DNA of 64,000 nt, from contig JAHECG010000005.1 in the NCBI GenBank assembly GCA_024641855.1, positions 123 through 64,122 of the forward strand, written 5' to 3'. The DNA comes from Betaproteobacteria bacterium (GTDB taxonomy: Bacteria; Pseudomonadota; Gammaproteobacteria; Burkholderiales; Thiobacteraceae). Both the position numbers and the translations under genes were made by a program. This document shows positions 58,766 to 64,000 of this stretch, piece after piece (positions within the stretch are counted from its first letter, which is position 1; each line of letters begins with the position of its first letter). A model generated the notes under the pieces. It saw only the letters and a program-made list of their open reading frames with translations, made no database searches and was not told the origin of the DNA.

Positions 58766-58871
58766 TCCTAGCATCAAGTTGTTTAACTTACTGAGGTCTT
58801 TTTAAAGCGCATTACGGAATTAGGCGGTAGCGATTGCGCGTTGCGTTTAGATGAAAGAGTGAGGTGAAATC

Positions 58872-59252
58872 ATGGCAATTTTGTCAGTAGCAAATATCAA
58901 TAACGGGCAAGTTTTTTCGCCCCCGAATAATGAGGTCGCGACGGCTAATCGTGCCGCTGCAGCCGTAAATACACAGCCAGCAGTTGCGCAAAAGGCGCCT
59001 GTGACCAAAGCCGAGCCCGCCGCATCGAATGCGGATGTGCAACAAGCGGCAGATAAGATCAACAAGGCGCTGCGTAATTTGGTCTCCAGCAACCTGGAGT
59101 TTTCCGTCGATCAGGATTCGGGTCAAACCATTGTCCGGGTCGTGGATATCGAGACCAAAGATGTCATTCGTCAGATTCCGAATGAGGAAACCGTGGCGAT
59201 TGCAAAATCTTTGGATAAATTGCAAGGTTTGTTGATTCAGCAAAAAGCGTAG
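58872..59252 (+). CDS. flaG: Flagellar protein FlaG
   Basis: 126 aa. The C-terminal LEFSVDQDSGQTIVRVVDIETKDVIRQIPNEE is typical of FlaG. Confidence 0.88.
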   Translation: MAILSVANINNGQVFSPPNNEVATANRAAAAVNTQPAVAQKAPVTKAEPAASNADVQQAADKINKALRNLVSSNLEFSVDQDSGQTIVRVVDIETKDVIRQIPNEETVAIAKSLDKLQGLLIQQKA

Positions 59253-59284
59253 CGCTGTATTGCGTTGTTAGCTAGGAGGTAGCA

Positions 59285-61288
59285 ATGGCCATTTCATCCC
59301 CAGGCATTGGCTCGAATATCAATGTTGATTCCATTGTGACGCAGTTGATCAGCCTCGAGCGCCAACCGATTACGCTGTTGGATCAGCGTGAGGCCGGGAT
59401 TCAGGCCAAAATCACTGCCTTCGGTATTTTGCAAGGCGCTTTATCCAGTTTCCAAACAGCCGCGCGTGGCTTGAGCGATGTCAGTAAATTTCTAGCTTAC
59501 AAAGCCAGTTCTAGCGATAGTGGTGTTGCCACGATCTCTGCCTCGTCGGTAGCGACGGCGGCCAATTACACACTCGATGTCACTACGCTCGCGCAAGCGC
59601 AAAAGTTGGTGGCGCCGGGCCAAGCCAGTGCCAATGCGCCGATCGGTAACGGCACATTGACGTTCGATTTCGGTACCATTAGCGGCGGTAGTTTCGATAG
59701 TGTCACGGGAAAATATACCGGTGCGGGATTTAACAGCAATGGCGCTGGCAGTAAAACCGTGACCATCAACGCCAGTAATAATTCGCTGCAAGGGATTCGC
59801 GATGCCATTAACAGCGCACAGATCGGTGTGACGGCATCCATCGTCAATGACGGTAACGCTAGCACGCCTTATCGTTTGGTATTGACGCAGAACAACACCG
59901 GAGAAGCCAATAGCCTCAAAATTTCGGTAAGCGGCGATGTCGCTTTATCCGATTTGCTGGCACAGAATCCGGCGGCTACGCAAAATCTTTCGCAATCGAT
60001 CACGGCGCAAAATGCGGTATTTAAAGTCGATGGTGTTTCCGTTAGCAAGGGTACCAATACGATTTCAGATGTAATTTCAGGCGTGACGTTCACCCTGCAA
60101 AAAGCAGCTGCAAGCACATCGCTCGCAGTGACGCGCGATAAGCAAGGCGTGCAAGATTCCGTGCAAGCTTTTGTCAAAGCTTTTAACGATGTGAATAAGA
60201 ATTTGAATGATTTGTCGGCTTATAATTCCACTGCCAAACAAGGTGCGATTTTGCAAGGCGATTCGGCGGTACGAAATATTCAAAACCAGATTCGCAGTAC
60301 CTTGAATTCCACCATCTCCGGCTTGGGCGGAAATTTGACTGCACTGTCTCAGCTTGGCGTGTCGTTTTTGAAGGACGGTACGCTAACCCTGAATGCGAGC
60401 AAATTACAAAGCGCGGTCGATAACAATTTTTCCGATATTGCCGGTTTGTTCGCGGCAGTGGGTAAAAGCACTGATAGTTTGGTGGGCTTCTTGGGGAGTG
60501 GCGCGAACACGGTTCCGGGAAGTTATGATGTCGCGGTTTCGCAATTGGCAACGCAAGGCAAAAGTGTCGGCGCCACGGATGTGTCTGCCGGTGTGACAAT
60601 TAATGCCGGGTTGAATGATACGCTGAATATCAGTGTCGATGGGCTGGCGACTACGATCACGTTAGATCCTGGTTCTTACTCTGCGGCGCAATTGGCGACA
60701 CAGATTCAATCGAAAATTAATGGTGCCAGCGCGGTTGTAAACGCCAAAGCTTCGGTTGCGGTGGCTGTCAATGTCGGCAATACCTTGGATATCACTTCTA
60801 ACCGCTATGGATCGGCCTCTCAAGTGAGTGTGACCGGCGGTAATGCCCAGGCAGCTATTTTTGGTACGGGCGTCAATACTGCTGGCGTGGATGTGGTCGG
60901 TACGATTGGCGGTGTGGCGGCTATCGGCTCCGGCCAAACGCTGACCGGGACGAATGATGCCAGCGGTTTGAGGTTGAACATCACCGGCGGCGCTTTAGGA
61001 AGTCGCGGTAGTGTTAGTTTTTCTCAAGGCTACGCGTATAAGTTGGATAAGTTGGTGGATAATTTTGTGGGGGTCAGCGGTGTGATTTCCGGCCGTACCA
61101 GCGGATTGGCCAAAAGCGTCACAGATATCGACAACCGCCGTGACACCTTAAACTTGCGCTTAGTTTCGTTGGAGCAGCGCTTGCGTTTGCAATTCAACGC
61201 ATTAGATCTGTTGGTGAGTAAATTTACCGCAACGGGTTCGTTCTTGACTCAGCAATTGGATAATTTGCCTGGGTTTACTAAGAAATAA
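59285..61288 (+). CDS. fliD: Flagellar filament cap protein FliD
   Basis: 667 aa (SPGIGSNINVDSIVTQLISLERQPI..., C-terminal RFNALDLLVSKF). Confidence 0.95.
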   Translation: MAISSPGIGSNINVDSIVTQLISLERQPITLLDQREAGIQAKITAFGILQGALSSFQTAARGLSDVSKFLAYKASSSDSGVATISASSVATAANYTLDVTTLAQAQKLVAPGQASANAPIGNGTLTFDFGTISGGSFDSVTGKYTGAGFNSNGAGSKTVTINASNNSLQGIRDAINSAQIGVTASIVNDGNASTPYRLVLTQNNTGEANSLKISVSGDVALSDLLAQNPAATQNLSQSITAQNAVFKVDGVSVSKGTNTISDVISGVTFTLQKAAASTSLAVTRDKQGVQDSVQAFVKAFNDVNKNLNDLSAYNSTAKQGAILQGDSAVRNIQNQIRSTLNSTISGLGGNLTALSQLGVSFLKDGTLTLNASKLQSAVDNNFSDIAGLFAAVGKSTDSLVGFLGSGANTVPGSYDVAVSQLATQGKSVGATDVSAGVTINAGLNDTLNISVDGLATTITLDPGSYSAAQLATQIQSKINGASAVVNAKASVAVAVNVGNTLDITSNRYGSASQVSVTGGNAQAAIFGTGVNTAGVDVVGTIGGVAAIGSGQTLTGTNDASGLRLNITGGALGSRGSVSFSQGYAYKLDKLVDNFVGVSGVISGRTSGLAKSVTDIDNRRDTLNLRLVSLEQRLRLQFNALDLLVSKFTATGSFLTQQLDNLPGFTKK

Positions 61289-61381
61289 TAAAGTCTGAAG
61301 ATTGTCTCAAGCTTTGGCCATTTGGCTCGTTAATCTAAATAATTAGTTATACGCATCCTAGATCGCACAAAGGATTCCATC

Positions 61382-61894
61382 ATGGGGACGACGATGAACG
61401 CAGAACATACTCAAGCAATGCAAGCTTATAAATCAGCGGATGTAGATACGCGCGTACTGGCTGCTAGTCCACATCAACTGGTGATGATGTTGTTCGATGG
61501 CGCGTTGGCCGCGCTAGCACAAGCCAAAGCGCACATGCTGCAGCGAAATTTTGCCGGGCAAGGCGCAGCGATTTCAAAGGCGATCACGATTATTGATGAT
61601 GGCTTGAAAGCGAGTCTGGATGAAAAAACCGGCGGTAAGATCGCGCAGGATTTGAATGCACTTTATGAATACATGTCGTTGCGCTTGCTGTTAGCGAATT
61701 TGAAAAGCGATCCGGCGATTCTGGAAGAAGTCAGCACTTTACTCCAAGAGGTCAGCGGTGCTTGGCGTGAGATTGGGAAAGTGTCCGCCGGGAATTCCAG
61801 CGCCACTACATCGGGAATGGCATCTGGCCTACCTAAAGGCGCTTTTGATCCACAGCCGACAGCGCGACCGACGATGAGTTACGGCAAGGCTTGA
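61382..61894 (+). CDS. fliS: Flagellin-specific export chaperone FliS (with about 40-aa C-terminal extension)
   Basis: QAYKSADVDTRVLAASPHQLVMMLFDGAL... and LNALYEYMSLRLLLAN. Confidence 0.88.
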   Translation: MGTTMNAEHTQAMQAYKSADVDTRVLAASPHQLVMMLFDGALAALAQAKAHMLQRNFAGQGAAISKAITIIDDGLKASLDEKTGGKIAQDLNALYEYMSLRLLLANLKSDPAILEEVSTLLQEVSGAWREIGKVSAGNSSATTSGMASGLPKGAFDPQPTARPTMSYGKA

Positions 61895-61898
61895 GTGA

Positions 61899-62222
61899 AT
61901 GGACCAAACGCAAATTTTAGCGATCTATCGTGCGGCCTGGACGCTCACGCAGCAGATGCTGGAAGTTGCGCAGGCTGAGGAATGGGATCAACTGACTGTG
62001 TTGGAACAAAGTCGAGCGGAAGTCATGGATCAACTGCAGCAGGAATCCTTAGCGGCTGTCGATCCGCAACAGGGGGCTGAATTTGCGGCGTTGATTCGCA
62101 ATATCTTGGCGACTGATCGTCAAATTCAGGCGTTGACCCAAGTTTGGATGGGTGAAATCAACGGTGTGTTAAACAGTGTACAAGTGGAGAAAAAGCTACT
62201 TAAAGCTTACGACGCTTTTTAG
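61899..62222 (+). CDS. fliT: Flagellar chaperone FliT family
   Basis: 107 aa, helical (ILAIYRAAWTLTQQMLEVAQAEEWDQLTVLEQSR). It sits after fliS. Confidence 0.7.
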   Translation: MDQTQILAIYRAAWTLTQQMLEVAQAEEWDQLTVLEQSRAEVMDQLQQESLAAVDPQQGAEFAALIRNILATDRQIQALTQVWMGEINGVLNSVQVEKKLLKAYDAF

Positions 62223-62267
62223 ACCTGTCGGTTAGGCCGCCTAGCCGATTTTTTTAGGAGTCGCGCC

Positions 62268-62480
62268 ATGCATACGGCTTACTTTAGCGCGTGTTTACCC
62301 GCATACCGGGCTGCGACAGTTCCGATTGGAGATATTGGCCATATTCCACGTTTGCATCCAGATTTAGAGCGCAATTCTTACCCGCCGCTAATTCAGCGTT
62401 ACCCTGCAAAAAAGAAGTCTCCCGATAAAGAGCAACGCAAACCGCAAGACCCCGAACACAAAGTCGACGATTACGCCTAG
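62268..62480 (+). CDS. Small hypothetical protein (70 aa)
   Basis: An AGGAG Shine-Dalgarno lies 7 nt upstream. The tail is charged and disordered-looking. No family is recognised. Confidence 0.4.
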   Translation: MHTAYFSACLPAYRAATVPIGDIGHIPRLHPDLERNSYPPLIQRYPAKKKSPDKEQRKPQDPEHKVDDYA

Positions 62481-62506
62481 AATTATCGTATTCAGGAGGG
62501 TGAATC

Positions 62507-62881
62507 ATGGACGCTGGTTTTGTGGTTAGCTGGAAAGCGCTGTTGGTCGCCGGCATTATTGTGCTGGCGGTGTATATCGCTGAAATACTATTACTGATGG
62601 GTTCCGGTAAGTCACTGGCGCCACGTTTTAGCCGACGCGCTGAAAACAAGGCATTAACCGAGATCAATGCGCGTTTGGCGGCGCTTGAAGCGCGTTTGGC
62701 ACCCCCTACGGAAAGTGACGAATCTGCCGATACTATCGTTGAGATCGCATCTACACCGTATAGCCGAGCATTTAGCTTGGCTAAGCAAGGTGTTGATGTG
62801 ACGCAAGTGGCGGCCAGCTGCGGCATTTCGCGGGCAGAAGCCGAACTAATTGTGGCAATGCAGAATAAACATCTGCATTAA
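62507..62881 (+). CDS. DUF2802-like flagellar-cluster membrane protein
   Basis: Strong Shine-Dalgarno (AGGAGGG). N-terminal TM helix and a C-terminal helix-turn-helix-like QVAASCGISRAEAELIVAMQ, typical of DUF2802 as I recall it. Confidence 0.6.
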   Translation: MDAGFVVSWKALLVAGIIVLAVYIAEILLLMGSGKSLAPRFSRRAENKALTEINARLAALEARLAPPTESDESADTIVEIASTPYSRAFSLAKQGVDVTQVAASCGISRAEAELIVAMQNKHLH

Positions 62882-62935
62882 CGCCGACCGTAGCCATTGA
62901 GCAATGGGGTCTGGCGCTTGAGATGGTAGAACCCT

Positions 62936-64000
62936 ATGGCGGTCAATGATGTTCTAAATCAACTGCAAGTTCTGATTCGAGGTTCTGCGCCGCAACTGAT
63001 CGAAACCGCGGAGCTGCCGAGTAAGGAGCTTGCCCCTTTTCTGCCGGGCGAGCGCTATACCGCAAAAGTCGTTGAACAAATCGCCGACAACCGTTTTTTA
63101 GTTCAGATTCGCGATCAGAAGTTAGACCTCAACCTGCCTCGAAATACCCAAGCCGGGCAAAATATCGAATTGCGTTTTGTCGCAGACACGCCGCGTTTGA
63201 CCTTCGTCCTGGCGCAAGCGTTACCGCAACCAGCAGGACAAGCCCAGGTGCCGGTGAATTTGAGCGATGGCGCACGCTATCTGAATGCGCTCTTGGATCG
63301 GGTGCAAACCTTGGCTACGCAGCAGGGCCAAACGGTTGTTCCAGGTAAAGGCCAAGCCCAACCGCAAACGCAAACGCAAACGCAAACGCAGGCAGCACTC
63401 AGTCTGTTGAATACCAAGCCGGTATTAGCGGGTGCGCCACCCGAAACGGCGCAATTTGCCGCGCTGCTGAAAGATGCGGTGGGTAAAAGTGGGCTATTTT
63501 ACGAATCGCATCAAGCCCAATGGGTCTCTGGCGAGAAGCCGCTAGCGGACTTATTACGTGAACCGCAGGGTAAGCTATCTGAGCCGCGTGCTTTTACGAA
63601 TGCTTCAATAAGCGCTGGGCCTTCTACTGCCCAGCCAGAAGCGGCGCAGCAGGGAAAAACCGGTAACGTGAATCAACTCGCTAGCCATAGCGCGACTTTA
63701 CTGGAAGGTAAAAGTGCCGAACCGGTACATCCACAAACTGCACCATTGGTGCAGCAGCAATTGGATGTCTTGGATACGCGTCAACTGGTATGGCAAGGAC
63801 AAGTTTGGCCGGGGCAAGATTTACGCTGGCAGATCGAAGAACGTGCCGCGCAAAGCGGTGAGGCTGAAATCGCTCGAGAATGGCAGACGCAGCTTGATTT
63901 GCAACTGCCGAATTTAGGCGCGGTGAATGCGTTACTAAAAATCTCGCCGCAAGGCGGTATCCAAATTGCACTGACCACCGCTTCCCCAGAAATTGCGCAG
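62936..64000 (+). CDS. fliK: FliK-like flagellar hook-length control protein (Flg_hook C-terminal domain); the 3' end lies beyond the window
   Basis: Not in the ORF track because there is no stop before the window end. My translation runs MAVNDVLNQLQVLIRGSAPQL ... GKSGLFYESHQAQW ... LVWQGQVWPGQDLRWQIEE ... WQTQLDLQLPNLGAVNALLKISPQGGIQIAL with no stop over 355 codons. Confidence 0.7.
   Translation, partial: MAVNDVLNQLQVLIRGSAPQLIETAELPSKELAPFLPGERYTAKVVEQIADNRFLVQIRDQKLDLNLPRNTQAGQNIELRFVADTPRLTFVLAQALPQPAGQAQVPVNLSDGARYLNALLDRVQTLATQQGQTVVPGKGQAQPQTQTQTQTQAALSLLNTKPVLAGAPPETAQFAALLKDAVGKSGLFYESHQAQWVSGEKPLADLLREPQGKLSEPRAFTNASISAGPSTAQPEAAQQGKTGNVNQLASHSATLLEGKSAEPVHPQTAPLVQQQLDVLDTRQLVWQGQVWPGQDLRWQIEERAAQSGEAEIAREWQTQLDLQLPNLGAVNALLKISPQGGIQIALTTASPEIAQ
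63359..63388 (+). repeat. In-frame hexanucleotide microsatellite (CAAACG)x4 plus one degenerate unit, encoding (QT)n inside the FliK-like ORF
   Basis: The sequence is caaccg caaacg caaacg caaacg caaacg. CAA is in codon position 1 relative to the ATG at 62936. Confidence 0.9.

Noticed and set aside
58822-58840. Possible sigma54 promoter (GG-N10-GC) upstream of flaG: aggcggtagcgattgcgcg.
   Set aside because: In either register the spacing is off by one, or the -12 TTGC is replaced by GCGC. The -24 element is not TGGCAC. The match is too weak to call.

Overview
About 64 kb of chromosomal, mostly core-genome DNA from a flagellated proteobacterium. Gene order and protein sequences look betaproteobacterial, and GC is moderate by eye. 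I recognise no rRNA, tRNA, CRISPR array, transposase or integrase.

Layout:
- 1-19.2 kb: a truncated MtaD-like deaminase and an OmpA-family protein on the minus strand. Then one long plus-strand run: gyrA, an expanded aromatic/serine supraoperon (serC, serA-like, pheA, hisC, class I-beta DAHP synthase, tyrA, an aroA-cmk fusion), rpsA, ihfB, lapA, lapB, pyrF, hldA, hldD.
- 19.2-25.6 kb: the only accessory-looking stretch. It holds two small unknown ORFs, a phage ABA-sandwich-like ORF, selD plus a TauE/SafE permease, and a minus-strand MCP - GGDEF cyclase - small membrane protein unit behind a sigma28-type promoter.
- 25.8-35.6 kb: flagellar locus 1 (flgA, flgM, flgN; motB, motA, fliA, fleN, flhF, flhA, flhB).
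- 35.8-43.6 kb: trmJ-cysE-iscRSUA-hscBA-fdx-iscX, with suhB divergent.
- 43.7-56.5 kb: a His-rich outer-membrane barrel divergent from regB-regA-glutaminyl cyclase, then mutS, DoxX, an esterase lipoprotein, slyD, bcp, roxA-like oxygenase, an unknown ORF and relA.
- 56.8-64 kb: flagellar locus 2 (fliC, flaG, fliD, fliS, fliT, two small ORFs, and a FliK-like ORF running off the window).

I did not find a clear novel multi-gene system such as a defence island. The features least explained by ordinary annotation are:
- A family of long palindromic intergenic elements whose arms are tandem 8-9 nt sub-repeats. They sit just after stop codons. Variants have completely different sequence but the same architecture.
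- A FleN/FlhG orthologue with a destroyed P-loop but an intact FlhF-activating motif.
- A sigma28-promoted MCP-diguanylate cyclase unit.
- A perfect PrrA/RegA-type palindrome between regB and a His-rich outer-membrane protein, with a periplasmic glutaminyl cyclase translationally coupled to regA.
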